DNA from: Octopus sinensis
Taxonomy: Eukaryota
NCBI RefSeq assembly: GCF_006345805.1
Contig: NC_042997.1
Span: 63,550,001 to 63,614,000 of the forward strand
Length of the DNA stretch: 64,000 nucleotides
Reading direction: 5' to 3'
Of the stretch, positions 13,949-26,144 are shown piece by piece. Under the pieces are notes generated by a model. That model was given only the letters and a program-made list of their open reading frames with translations, made no database searches and had not been told where the DNA came from. A program made the position numbers and the translations under genes. The first letter of the stretch is position 1; every line of letters starts with the position of its first letter.

Positions 13949-14772
13949 GAGTGAGCGAGCAGAGCATGCCATCAAAGTGACACTGGGGTAAAATATACGA
14001 AGCCCAGTATACCCATCATGACTACCCGTCTGATAAGGGTATACCAGGCACATGCATCACAACCATATGTGCGCGACATGGTGATCACATATCAAGATAA
14101 ACAGCACATGACCTTGCAGGTGGAGCCCAGTTAGAATTTTCTTCAGGTCGAGTAACCCATCCCGCTCAAAAGGTCCTTGAATAAGGGTTATTTAAGGACG
14201 TTGAACGAAACACCCATGTTTCCAGAGGTGAATTATTCAAACCCCAAAGAATCCTTCTCAACACATGGCTATGATGCTCCCCCACTACTTCTGCTCGTGA
14301 TCAGAGATGCACATATCGTCAGCCACTAAGGGACATGCTCAACTGGTTAAGGTCAAACAACTAACAAGCAAGTCTGTGGTATTGAGCAGAATATTTGCTG
14401 TAGCCCATCTTGATCTGAGGGACGGAATGAACTAATGTACAGCGCAAATATTTGATCACTGAACAAATCCTCTGTAATTGTTGTTCAACAAAAATTTATG
14501 ACTGCAGAGTCCACTACCATATTATACGCCTGGATACAGACAAATGCATTGTCTCTTATCTGTAGCCTCTTTATCACAAGTATATTTAAGCTTAAGTCTT
14601 AAATCGTCTGAAAATGAGCGTTGACGAGCCATGGATTATATTAGTAAATTGATACGCCTGGATACAGACAAATGCATTGTCTCTTATCAAGACAAAACAA
14701 TGTACATGATAACACTTCCAATCAGTTAAGATCAGAAGGCATGAGAGCCACTGCCTGGTACTGCATCAGGGC
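13949..14772 (-). mobile_element. ~530-bp non-coding (TAA)n-associated retroposon, copy 1 (carries a 279-bp templated insert)
   Basis: High similarity to the copies at 20350, 55114, 56028, 58489 and 60392. Flanked by (AAT)n; the minus strand ends CTCACTC(AAT)n. Confidence 0.85.
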
Positions 14773-14842
<70 letters not shown>

Positions 14843-15262
14843 GACTTTGCACAGCTTCTAACGCTGGAGATGTGCAAAGGTGTTAGCTGTTCACTACCAG
14901 TGAAATAAGGTAACACCTCTAATTTTTCGAGCACCTTCCGGAGTATTTGAGCGGTTTCAAGCAGTGCTGTTTTCTCTAAGTGCTCCACCTTTATTGCAGC
15001 CCCTGTTTGCTCTATGTACATCTCAAAATTTTTACTCACTGTTTCCAGGGCTCCGACAATTATTGGTACTACCACCACCTTTTTCATCGACCGTAACTGC
15101 TTAATCTCCCAAGCTAACCTATCATATCTATCGACTTTTCTTTCTACCTTATCACATAACTTGTCAGCTGGGCATGCTATATCTATGATCCAGCATAGAT
15201 TGCCTTCTTTCTCATTTAAGACTATGTTTAGCTCCCTATTCTCTATCTCACTGCGACCATGA
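14843..15262 (-). mobile_element. 5'-truncated Dong/R4-like LINE (RLE C-terminus plus 3' UTR)
   Basis: IIDIACPAD...KVDRYDRLAWEIKQL..MKKVVVVPIIVGALETV...KTALLETAQILRKVLE, followed by an (AAT)n tail. Confidence 0.85.
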
Positions 15263-15283
15263 GACTATTAATATTATTAGACA

Positions 15284-15432
15284 TTCTTCTTCTTCTTCTT
15301 CGTCTTCTTCTTCTTCTTCTTCTTCTTCTTCTTCTTCTTCTTCTTCTTCTTCTTCTTCTTCTTCTTCTTCTTCTTTTCTTCTTCTTCTTCTTCTTCTTCT
15401 TCTCTTCTTCTTCTTCTTCTTCTTCTTCTTCT
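15284..15432. repeat. (CTT)n microsatellite
   Basis: Seen directly in the sequence. Confidence 0.95.
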
Positions 15433-15434
15433 CG

Positions 15435-16008
15435 TTATCTATTCTTTTCAGCTATCTAATACTTTCTTGATTATTCTATCCGTGCCAAGGAGGCAAACAT
15501 TTTGTTGTAGTTCTACAGGGGAATCTATTCCACTTTCCTTTATATTCTCCTTGATGCCTTCTGAAAATGTTCCCAAGGACCCAGCAAAAATTGTCTCTAT
15601 CTTCACCTTCTTCATTTTCCACAGCCGGGCTATTTCGTACTTAAGAGGATTGTGCTAATCTATCTTTTCGCCTTCCCTCTTGACTATCCCTGAGTCAAAG
15701 GAGCATGCAACATCAACTATATTACATATGTGACGCATCTTGACCGCCACCCACCAGGTCTGGTCTGTTATGCTCTAGCACTTGATCTCTTTGGATTGAG
15801 AAATCCCAGAGGATTTTGCTAGCCTCCCACTACGGTGCCCCTCTGCGCTTAGTGCTCATACCATATCTTGCCTCTCTGTAGCCCCCCCTCCCATCCCTTT
15901 TAGCACAGTTTCCAATATAGCACTTTCGCTACATGATCCTGTCGTCACAACTTGTAGTGGTTTTGGGCAAGTCTAGGGCATTCTTTCGCGATATGGGGAA
16001 TGCTTTCA
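15435..16008 (-). mobile_element. 5'-truncated, decayed Dong/R4-like LINE (zinc knuckle to RLE)
   Basis: ESIPHIAKECPRLAQNHYKL..HVAKVLYWKLC..WYEH..ILWDFSIQ..RPDLV..IVDVACSFD..KYEIARLWKM; related to 55514-56027. Confidence 0.8.
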
Positions 16009-16029
16009 TTATTATCATTATTATCATTA

Positions 16030-19000
16030 TTATTATTATCATTGTCATTTACTTTTAATCTGCATGTTTGATGCAATCACCTGTCGGGGCACACCCGGCG
16101 CCCTAGGGCAAGTGAAGGTTAAGAGTTGTTGAAATATAGCTGAAAGCTTGGGGAGGGGAAGTAGAGATATATCTCCATGTAATGCAAACACAAACATTTA
16201 CATTGATAGGGTTTTTCTAAGGATGTGGGCAGTACTTGTTAGCACAATCTTTTGGATTTCCTTGAGACATGGTTTTCCAGGGATATTGTCTAGGTGTTTC
16301 TGACATCCCTTTTTTATCATACCTAGGGCACCTACAATAACAGGAACAGTTTTTGTTTTAAGATTCCACATCCTCTGTATTTCGATTTCCAGGTCCTTAT
16401 ATTTACTAAGTTTGTCAAATTCCTTGACAGATATATTTTTATCAGTGGGGACGCTTACTTCTATTAGTCTGCAGGTATTTTCTTCCCTTTCTTTAACAAT
16501 TATGTCTGGTCGATTAGCCTTGATCGTTCTGTCAGTGTTGACTGGAAAATCCCAGAGGATGGTGACATCTTTACCTTCAACAACTGGCTGAGGATGGTGT
16601 TCATACCAGTTAGCAGGAGTGTCGGATTTGTAGTGTTTACATATCTTCCAATGTATATACTGTCCTACCCTATCGTGGCGATTTTTGTATTCGTTTGGTG
16701 TCAGCACAGGACATCCCGAAACGAGATGGTCTATCGTTTCGTCAAATGTGTCGCAGAATCTGCATTTAGGGTCAGTACCGTTTCGGAGAACGTTAGCCTG
16801 GTAATTTCTGGTAAACAAGCTTTGATCTTGTGCTGCCATTATGAAACCTTCAGTCTCTGCTTTCAATCAAGAGCTCTTCAGCCACTGATGGGTTGTTGCT
16901 TGGTCTACATCAGCATTTTGGCTTCGGAGAATATATTGTCCATGCATGGGCTTCTGGCTCCACCGCCTCTCAATTTGATTCTGCCCGTTCTTTTTTGCAG
17001 TCTGCTTGATTCGCTTTGCTTGCTTGGTAGCAGTGGTTTCCGGCTCTTCATCTGATTCAAGGTTAATGTTTAGTTCCCTTTCGAACTTATAAGCTTCCTT
17101 GACAATAGAATGCAGCTTTTTGCTGCTTTCGTGTTCGCACACAAGTCGCAGCATCCAGTCCTTTGTACTAGATAGGTACCTGTTCATTCCTACAGTAGAG
17201 GTCTTATAGCACAGCTCTAATTGCATCATTCCTCTCCCCCCGCTGCTTCTAGGTAGGTACAAGCGGTCTACATCTGCCTTAGGGTGGTGCATGCTCTTGG
17301 ATGTCAGTAATTTTCTTGTCTTCCTGTCCAAGCGTTGGAGTTCCGTAAGGTTCCAGTTAATGATGTTAAAACTGTACTGGACTACTGGAAGTGCCAGGGT
17401 GTTAATGGCCTCAATGCAATTTTCGGAGTTGAGTTCAGTCTTCAGTACAAGCCTTATTCTCCTATAGTATTCCTTTCTTATTTTTTCTTTCATAGTAGCA
17501 TGATGTATACCATCTCCTTTGTTGATTCCTAGGTATTTGTAACTTTCCTGTGGGTCAAGTTCCTTGATGGTAGTGTCAATATCTAATTTAACAGAAGCTG
17601 TTTGCCTGAGCTTGCCTCTTACAAAAGTTGCTTTAGCACACTTATCAAGGCCAAAATCCATTCCGATATCATTGCTAAACTCTTTAACAGTTGTTAGCAG
17701 CCCTTCTAGCTCTTGGTCATTCCTGGCAAACAGCTTTAGGTCGTCCATATAGAAAAGGTGGTTTATTAACTTACTAAAAACTTTGTACCCATATCTGGTA
17801 CTATCCAATTCGTTTGAGAGTGGGATCAGTGCCATGCAAAAAAGTAATGGAGAGAGGGAGTCACCTTGAAAGATGCCTCGTTTGATGTTGATGCTGTTGG
17901 ACTGGCTCATCCCATTACTATGGCTTAGAAAGAGACGTGTGTTCCACATGGTCATGCTATTCTCTAAGAATTTTGAGCCGACAGGAGAGATCTTGTATAT
18001 CTCAAGGGCCTTGAGTATCCATTTATGTGGGACACTGTCATACGCTTTCCTGTAGTCTATCCATGCCATACTCAGGTTTTTGTTTTTGCTCCGGCAATTC
18101 TCTACAATCATTCTGTTTATGAGCAATTGGTCTTTGCACCCATAAGAGTTTCTTTTACAACCTTTTGAGCTTGTGGAAGGATAGAATTTTGTTCAAGGAA
18201 AGCGTACATTCTCTCCGTTATTATGGATGTGAGGATTTTGTAGGTGGTGTTGAGACATGTTATTGGCCGGTAATTCTTTGGGTTTTTTTGTGTCTTCGGT
18301 TTTAGGTAATAGGTAGGTGGTTCCTTCAGTCAGCCAAGCAGGTATTTGCTCTGGGTTCTGAATGACATCAGACAGAGATGCAGCGAGATGTTCGTGTACC
18401 TCTGTCAAACAATTCAGCCAGAAGTTAGGGATCCGATCCAGTCCTGGGGTTTTCCATTTATGAGCCTTCCTAAGGACACACCTTAGCTCCTCTATTCCTA
18501 TTGCTTCCCATTTCTGTTCTTCAAGTTCATCCTGTCTCTCTTTCTCACGTTCTATCCAGTCAGCCTCAGCATTAAACTCTTTTTCGTTGCTCCATACCTT
18601 CTTCCAGAACTCCTCCACTTCCTCAATCTTAGGTGGGTCTTCTATGTGTATTTTATTTTTGCCAATTTCCCTATAAAATTTCTTTGCATCTGTCTTAAAA
18701 AATATATTTTGTCGATAAAATTTGTTTCTTTTGCCATACCTTCTAAGCCGTTGAGCTTTCAACTGTATCCGTTGTTTCAACAGTTCCTTAGTTGCAGGGA
18801 GGTTTATGAGATCTTTGATTTTATATTTTTGCTTGATTTTTCTAGCTTTTCTCGGCTTAATATTCACTCCTCTAGCAAGCTCATCGAGAACTGAAACATC
18901 CGCCCGCAGAGATTCAATCTCTTTTTGTATCGCTACTTTCCACTTAGGAGGTTCATTGACATGCCTGGCCTTTTTCTTTGTCATCTTAATACCTAGTTGG

Positions 19001-20243
19001 GTAGTTACTACTTTAGCAGTGGAATAAATGAGATTATTTAAGGTTGTCAAATCATTCCCCTTATTTCTTAAGATCTGTCCTAGGGCAACGTTATATGTCA
19101 TGATTGTGTTGTTATTTCTTGTGCCATTTGAAAACTTTGGTAGTGGTTCTCTATTAACCATATCAGTGAGCTCAATCTTGCCGAGTTCTCTCATAATGTC
19201 CACTTTTGCTTCCATAATCTTTTCTCTATTATTCACCTCAAACTCTATGTCATATCTATTTTGGTTTTCTTGAGGAAGGTCTCCGTTCTCCTCTTTTTTC
19301 AAATCTCTCGTCTTCGCTATTCTTTGTTTAACTTCCCCATTGGGAAGTTGATTTGCCGCTTGTACACTGGCTTCTGTGCTACTGTTACCTATTTCGTCTA
19401 CATTGTTGATGTTTTCTTTTGGTCTACCATGAGCTATTAGTGTCCTAATTTTGTCAATTTCAGCGTCAGTTAGTCTTTTGTTTTTAATTATATCTCTGCG
19501 TACATTACTTAATTTATTTGCGTCTATATATCTACGTACGTCATTGCCTACTGAATTTCTCCATGAGATGTATGTTTGTACACTGAGGTTATTGTTTGGG
19601 TTTAGTTGGGCTGTATAAAAAGCTTTCAACACATCTCTATAGTCCTCTCTAGTCCATTTTATACGTTTTGCTTTAGGTGGTGTCTTTGGTGGTGTCACTA
19701 CAAGTCCAGAGTTAGAAGTATTCTGGTTCTGGTCACCTGGTAGATCGTCTTTTTGAGAGTTTGTTCCAGCAGCAAACTTTTCGACCCCAGTCTGGTTCCC
19801 TACTGGGTAACGCGGTCCTTGTTGTCCCGGGCGATGACCGATCCGGCATGATTTTTGGCTTGTTTTCATTAAATGATTGACGGCGACATCAGAGGGGTCC
19901 ATTTTTTCAGAGTCAACTTTTTGACAAGACGCCGCCTCTGTGACGGTGATGTTAGAAGAAGGGACTGTTTGTACAGGGTCATTTTTTGACAAAACACCGC
20001 TTCTGAATTCTCCGAATTAATATATTGTTCATATCGAACTCGCATAAGACTTACAGATCGAAATTCGCCTCTATTTATTTTGGTAGTCATGTTTCCGGGC
20101 ATAACTGTTCAGTGACTTTCTAAATTCAGTGACCAATTTGCTCTTTTTTGCGTTTGTTCGTGAAAAATCGCTTTGTTTTTGTTTTGTTTTCGTCCGCGTA
20201 ACGTGGTTTTTCTTTCTGTGTGTACGTGTGAGCGCGTGTAAGC
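16030..20243 (-). mobile_element. Near full-length Dong/R4-clade non-LTR retrotransposon (single ORF, RT plus restriction-like endonuclease)
   Basis: It has a 5' UTR, a coding region with RT motifs WIDYRKAYDSVPH, GIFQGDSLSPLLF and LFYMDDLKLF, a CCHC knuckle CRFC..ETIDHLVSGC, RHD, and an RLE PD..E..K-KY. A ~170-bp 3' UTR runs into (AAT/GAT)n. Confidence 0.95.
16198..19992 (-). pseudogene. Dong/R4 polyprotein (~1265 codons), disrupted
   Basis: The three ORF-track pieces (599, 419 and 222 aa) lie in one frame. They are broken by compensating +1/-1 indels (~18280 and ~18165) and a GGA>TGA nonsense change at 16867-16869 (SS*LKAETEG). The real start may be the ATG at 20102/20090, across a further indel. 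Confidence 0.9.
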
Positions 20244-20349
20244 ATTATTTATGCTTTATAATTAAAATGTGTACATGTATGCACACATACATTATCATTA
20301 TTATTATTATTTTATTATTGTTATTATAATTATTATTATTGTTATTATT

Positions 20350-20882
20350 GAGTGCGAGAGCAGTGCATGCCATCAAAGTGACACAGGGGTAAAATATACG
20401 AAGTCCAGTATATCCATCATGCATTAGGCACATGCATCACAACCATATGTGCACGACATGGTAATCTCATATAAAGATAAACAGCACATGGCCTCGCAGG
20501 TGGGGCCCAGTTAGAATTTTCTTCTGCTCGAGTAACACATCCCGCTCAAAAGGTCCCTGAATAAGGGTTGTTTAAGGATGTTGAACGAAACACCCATGTT
20601 TGCAGAAGTGAATTATTCAAACCCCTAAGAATCCCTCTCAACATATGGCTATGATGCTCCCCTGCTAATTCTGCTCATGATCAGATATGCACATATCGTC
20701 AGCCACTAACGGACATGGTCAACTGGTTAAGGTTAAACAACTGACAAGCAAATCTGTGGTATTGAGCAGAATATTTGCTGTAGACCATCTTTTATACCAA
20801 GACAAAACAATGTACATGATAACACTTCCAATCAGTTAAGATCAGAAGCTATGAGAGCCACTGCCTGGTACTGTATCAGGGT
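20350..20882 (-). mobile_element. (TAA)n-associated non-coding retroposon, copy 2
   Basis: Colinear with copy 1 without the insert; has a small internal deletion near 20421. Confidence 0.85.
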
Positions 20883-21711
20883 ATCTTATTATCATAAATA
20901 TAAAGATGTAAACAAACTAAAACAATTTAGCAACAGTAAAATACTTTTAAAGTTATTTTCAACAGCTGCTGAGAAATTTCAGCGCCTGTATTTAAAAGGA
21001 GAGAGACATTATTTTACAATGTTCGTAACACATTGTAAATGTCGGGGCTACTTGCAAAAATATGTTTTTAAATTTCAAATATAATATAAGTAAAATGTAT
21101 TTGTAGTGTTTCTTAAAACGCAGAAGAAAATAATCAACGATTGAGTTGGGAGTTAGAATGTAACATCAATAGAGAACAGACTATTCAAAAATTGATTTAG
21201 CGATATTTGAGAAAAGTACTGACACGATAACTAATGCTAATTATTGTTCAAAGATTAATTGGAGAGCTTCTCTGTACCTCGTAAAAACAAATTCTGGAAT
21301 AAAATAAATATTATGTTATTAAAGTAATTTTAAGTTCCTTTGACAGAGTATCTTCTATCTAACATATATCATTGTAATTCAAGAATATTCCTTGAACACA
21401 ACTATGAAAACTGTATTTAAACTAAGAAATGAATACGTCGAATATGTAACTCTACATAGTTGCTATTATGTTAAACAGTTGTATGTCCAGATTTGGCCAA
21501 ATGCGTATCGTTCAATATTTATATTTGCTTGCAATAGTCGGTTCGTTTGGTTAAAATATCGTATCTCCAGCTGCTTCAGATGCGCCAAGATATCAAAATT
21601 TCTTCAAGTGTGGTACAACGGTTTTGCTGTGGAATGGTGAATCTATATTTTTGACTCCCTAAAAAGCAACGTTTCGGACTTACGTCACTTTTGCATAACG
21701 GCATTTTTATA

Positions 21712-21925
21712 TTCTTTTCTACTCTTGGCACAAGGCTAAACATTTTGGGGGGTGGGGTGGCAGATGATCAGATCGACTTCTGTATGAAACCGGTAATTTA
21801 CCGACCCCGAAAGGATGAATGGTAAAGTCGACTTCGACGGAATTTGAACTCAGAACGTAGCAGCAGAAGAAATACCGCTGAGCATTTCACTCGGCGTGCT
21901 AATGTTTTTGCCAGTTTGCTACCTT
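21712..21925 (-). mobile_element. tRNA-derived SINE with Meta-like central domain
   Basis: The reverse complement reads GTTCTGAGTTCAAATTCCG..GTCGACTTT.CC.TTCATCCTTTCGGGGTCG, as in the 33773 copy. Confidence 0.8.
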
Positions 21926-22799
21926 TCCTTACTTCTCTATTATAAATTATATGCCTATACTTATTATTCCATCTTTTATAGACATAAATATCTTTAATTT
22001 TTTATCGGTTAGAGCAATATTTTCTATTACCTCTGTTCATGATATTCTCAGGAAGACACATCTTTCTTCTAAGCGTAATTCTATACTAACTATGCAACCC
22101 ATTCTATGAAGCTAGAAGTCTCTGTATATAATATTTATGTGATCTCTTCTATGACATCTTTGAACTATCCTTTCATCTATTATTGTCTTTCACTATATTA
22201 TCCCTTACATATTTAAGTAACACATCATCTACACTTGTAGAGCATCTCTGCACAATTTTATTCACATTCATTAAGCGAAATATTTTTTACTCATACCTAT
22301 TAATATATTTGTATTTTTAATTCACACTTTACTTTCAGCTGGTCCTTTGAAGTATTATCACAATTAGATATCAATGGAATGTATGTATGAATAACCATGT
22401 GTGTTACACACACACATGCATACATAGATACATATATATGTTTATGTGTGTACATGTGTGTGTGTGCGCGCCTGAGTGGGAGCGGCTGAGTGGGAGCGCA
22501 TGCATGTACACATGTGTACATTTGTGTGGGAAACCAACGGTCTGAACCCCATAACCGATAATGACATTTAGATTCCTTTTATAGGAATGTTACGTGCATG
22601 ACGGAAAATAATAGCAGTGAAAATATTAGGTCATAAACAGGACTAGAACATCAAATTCACTCTGAACATTATTGAAATTTAATATACGGATGATTGTTAT
22701 CAATACGGATTGCAATCCAAGTTGGTGAAAATGAGTGTAGCACAACAATATTCCCTTTCTATACATCAGGATATATATTCAATTTACCTATGCACTGAA

Positions 22800-22863
22800 T
22801 AACCTCGGGCCACCAAAGCCTTGTGAGTGGATTTGGTAGACGAAAACTGAAATAAGCCAGTCG

Positions 22864-22902
<39 letters not shown>

Positions 22903-23140
22903 TATATATATGCTAGGTATTTGTATGTGTGTATTTGTCCACCCACCATAACTTGACAACCGATGTTGGTGTGTTTACATCCCCGTAACTTAATGAGTCA
23001 GTAAAAATAACCGATAGAATGAGTACTAGGCTTACAAAGAATATGTCCTGGTTTCGATTTGTTCGACTAAAAGCAGTGCTGTAGTATGACCACAGTCTAA
23101 TAAATGTAACAAGTAAAATAGTAAAATAATATAAAAGAAT
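22800..23140 (+). mobile_element. 5'-truncated SINE (family of 49491-49860)
   Basis: Shares AAAGCCTTGTGAGTGGATTTGG, CCCCGTAACTTAA and the 3' tail with the 49491 copy. Confidence 0.75.
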
Positions 23141-23202
23141 ATACACACAAACATTGGTACAACACACACACACACACGCACGCACACACACACACAAATA
23201 TA

Positions 23203-24370
23203 TATTGGTTTGTGTTATAAATAATTTACAATTTTGTTAAATACCTTTACTTATGTAAAAATTTTATAAAGAATTATTTTCAATTCTCATTATTTTGAAT
23301 GATGTCTTGCCATTCCTCTTGAGTAAAATTCGGCTGGTCTTGACATGATGAAGCTTTCCACGCACTTTTCACCTGATTGTGTTGAAGAAACTTTTCCCCA
23401 TCACAGCATTTACAAGAGGGCGAAGAAGATGGAAATCAGTTGGTGCAAGGTGCAGCGAATATGGTGGATGGAGTACGACACACCAGCCCAATATTTTATT
23501 CTGCGTGATCCTTGCTGAATGTAGTTTTGTGTTATAATAGAGAAGCACAATGTTTCTACTATTTACGAGTGCAAGGCATTTTGTTAAAAGTTTTTCATTA
23601 ACATGTTGTAGCTGTTGAGAGTACATGTCGGCTCTAGTTTTTGTGGTTTAAAAAACTGAAGATGAATAAGACTGCGGTGATTCCGCTATTCACACAGCAT
23701 AACCTTCATTCAATAGAGCTCAGTTTTCGAGATATGTTGCGGAGGTTTATCCTTGTCAGTCCACTGCATTTTGCATTCAACATTGTCATAAAAATCCTCT
23801 TTCCATCACCTGTAATATTTTTGAGAAACGGGTTATATTTCTACGTTGAAAGAAGACATGTCTCTATGGACAGGTGATCTCCCCTATTCTTCTCACTAAG
23901 AGTAAGGGGAACACGAACACCCAGGTTACTGATTTTTCCTATCTTTTCAAAGTGGTGGCAGATGGTGGATGGGGATATGTTGAGCTCAAATTCTAATTCC
24001 GGAGTACTTTTACAAGGATTGAATTCCAATAATTCTTTTAAAACGTCATGTTCGATGTCTGATGAACGTTCTGGTACAAAATCTAATGAGCGTCATCTCT
24101 CAGTGACAAATCTCTGGAAGGAAATATTGAAAACCAATTTGGCACTTGCTAGTCAGTAATGACACCTTGGCCATAAACACTGCATATTTTCTTAGCTATT
24201 ACTAAGACATTTTCTTCGTTCTCAAACTCTCAGAATATCACATGTTTAATATTCACTTCCAGTCCATCCATTAATGTGCACATTTTTATTGTTTAAATAC
24301 GAACGACAGAAGAGAGTCTTTTAAAGCGGTAGTTTCCATTTCAAATTTAAACATCTGATGTTTGAAAAGT
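23203..24370 (-). mobile_element. Decayed mariner (Tc1/mariner) transposon
   Basis: STPELEFELNISPSTICHHFEKIGK..LGVRVPLTLSE (HTH and WVPHEL-like motif) and HPPYSLHLAPTDFHLLR (YSPDLAP motif). Confidence 0.85.
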
Positions 24371-24397
24371 GTCATTGCACTTTACTTCCAAAAATAG

Positions 24398-24446
<49 letters not shown>

Positions 24447-24879
24447 CTTGATTCTTTTACTTGTCTCAGTCATTAGACTGCAGCCACACTACTGGTAATT
24501 CCCGGGTACGTATACACATCAACATCAGTAGTTAAGCGTTGGTGGTGGAGAAGCACAAACACACACAAACACGCACACACATTGACACACACGTGGATAT
24601 ACATACATACGCATACACACATACACACACATGTATGTGTATATATATATATATATATATAATTAAAATACCAATAAATGAAAATAAAGAAGACAAATTA
24701 AAAAGATGCTTGGTTTGTTGTATTTGTATTACAATTGGAAAAATAATGTAAATTAAAAGATGAAAAAATATACCTATAAGAATATAAAAGGAACCACTCC
24801 AGCAATATTAACGAAACATCAATAGAATTAACTTTAAAAGATGCAATAATCTGTATATTGTTAGATCTCTTCAGGAAAA

Positions 24880-25638
24880 ATAAGTGTATTTTACTTCCAA
24901 AATCAGAAATTATTTATGACTCTGCGATTTTTGTCATGCACAGGAAGTTGGAACAAGGAGCCAACGTGAAATTTTGCCTTAAACTTGGGAAATCTGCTAC
25001 TGAGGCATTGAGCATGCTCCAGGAAATGTATGGTGATGTGACAATAGATCTTACAGAATATTTCGAGTAGGACGAGCGCTTCAAATGCATAATTTCATGG
25101 AAGACGATGAACGATTTGAAAGAGCTGCAAAGAACGTTTCCTCTGGAAATATGGAGAATATTCATCAGCTGGTGCATGGAGATTTTTGGGAGACAATCGA
25201 CGATATTGCTGCTGTCGTTGCTTTGTCGTATGGGTCCGTGCAGGCAATCCTAACGTCGGTTTCTTCACAGCGACAATGCACTCTGTTGCCGAACTCTACT
25301 CACTAGTGAAGTTTTCGAAAAAAACAACATACTATCGCTTCCACACCCACCCTATTTTCTAGATTTAGCCTCTGCGGGCTTCCATGTCTACTCCTAGGTG
25401 AAATGCAGCGCAAAGGTTGCCCTTTTAACACCGTTGTCGAGATCCAGAGCGAATCGCAGAAGGTTTTCGATTCGCTTACGGAAAACGATTTCCAGGCCTG
25501 ATTCCAAAAGCGGCAGGAATGCTGCGACTGGGATATTGCTGCGCAAGGGGATTATTTCGAAGTAGATGATGTTAAAGGCTAAATAGGTTCTTTAGAATTA
25601 AACATAATTAGTCCCGGAGCACTTTGATACCACCTCGT
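24880..25638 (+). mobile_element. Internally deleted mariner transposon
   Basis: EQGANVKFCLKLGKSATEALSML...YG and LPHPPYFLDLASAGFH; TIR-like end ...TTTGATACCACCTCG. Confidence 0.85.
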
Positions 25639-26087
25639 TATATAAACATGCTTGCATACAAACGCATATACATTCCTTTGCGCACGTGTATGTATGCATA
25701 CAGAGAGAGAGAGAGAGATAGGGGGGGAGGGAGAGGGAGAGAGTGAGTGAGTCAGAGAGAGAGAAAGAGAGATGGAGAGGTAGTGTAAACGAACAGATAT
25801 ATTACAAATCATCAGCACGATCTTACTGAAGTCTCATCATAATGTCATTGCCAAGAAACTTAGTATTGACCCATGTATTGAATCATCATGACATGAAAGA
25901 ATAATTTACTGCCAGTCATTTAACAAACATTGGTCTTCTTGTATTTGTCGTTCTGCATGCACATTGCCAAATGTTATTATATTACATTGCACTTATCTGA
26001 GAACAGACATGTCTATAATTGGTAAAAAAAAAATCTATCAACCATGAACAATGCTAAAATATCTGGCAAGCATATCTGATTATATAT

Positions 26088-26126
<39 letters not shown>

Positions 26127-26144
26127 CACAGATATATATATATA

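Noticed and set aside
14270-14305. Short matches of the retroposon to U1 snRNA (GATCACGA, GTAGTGGGGGA)
   Set aside because: The matches are too short and wrongly spaced, and are likely chance.
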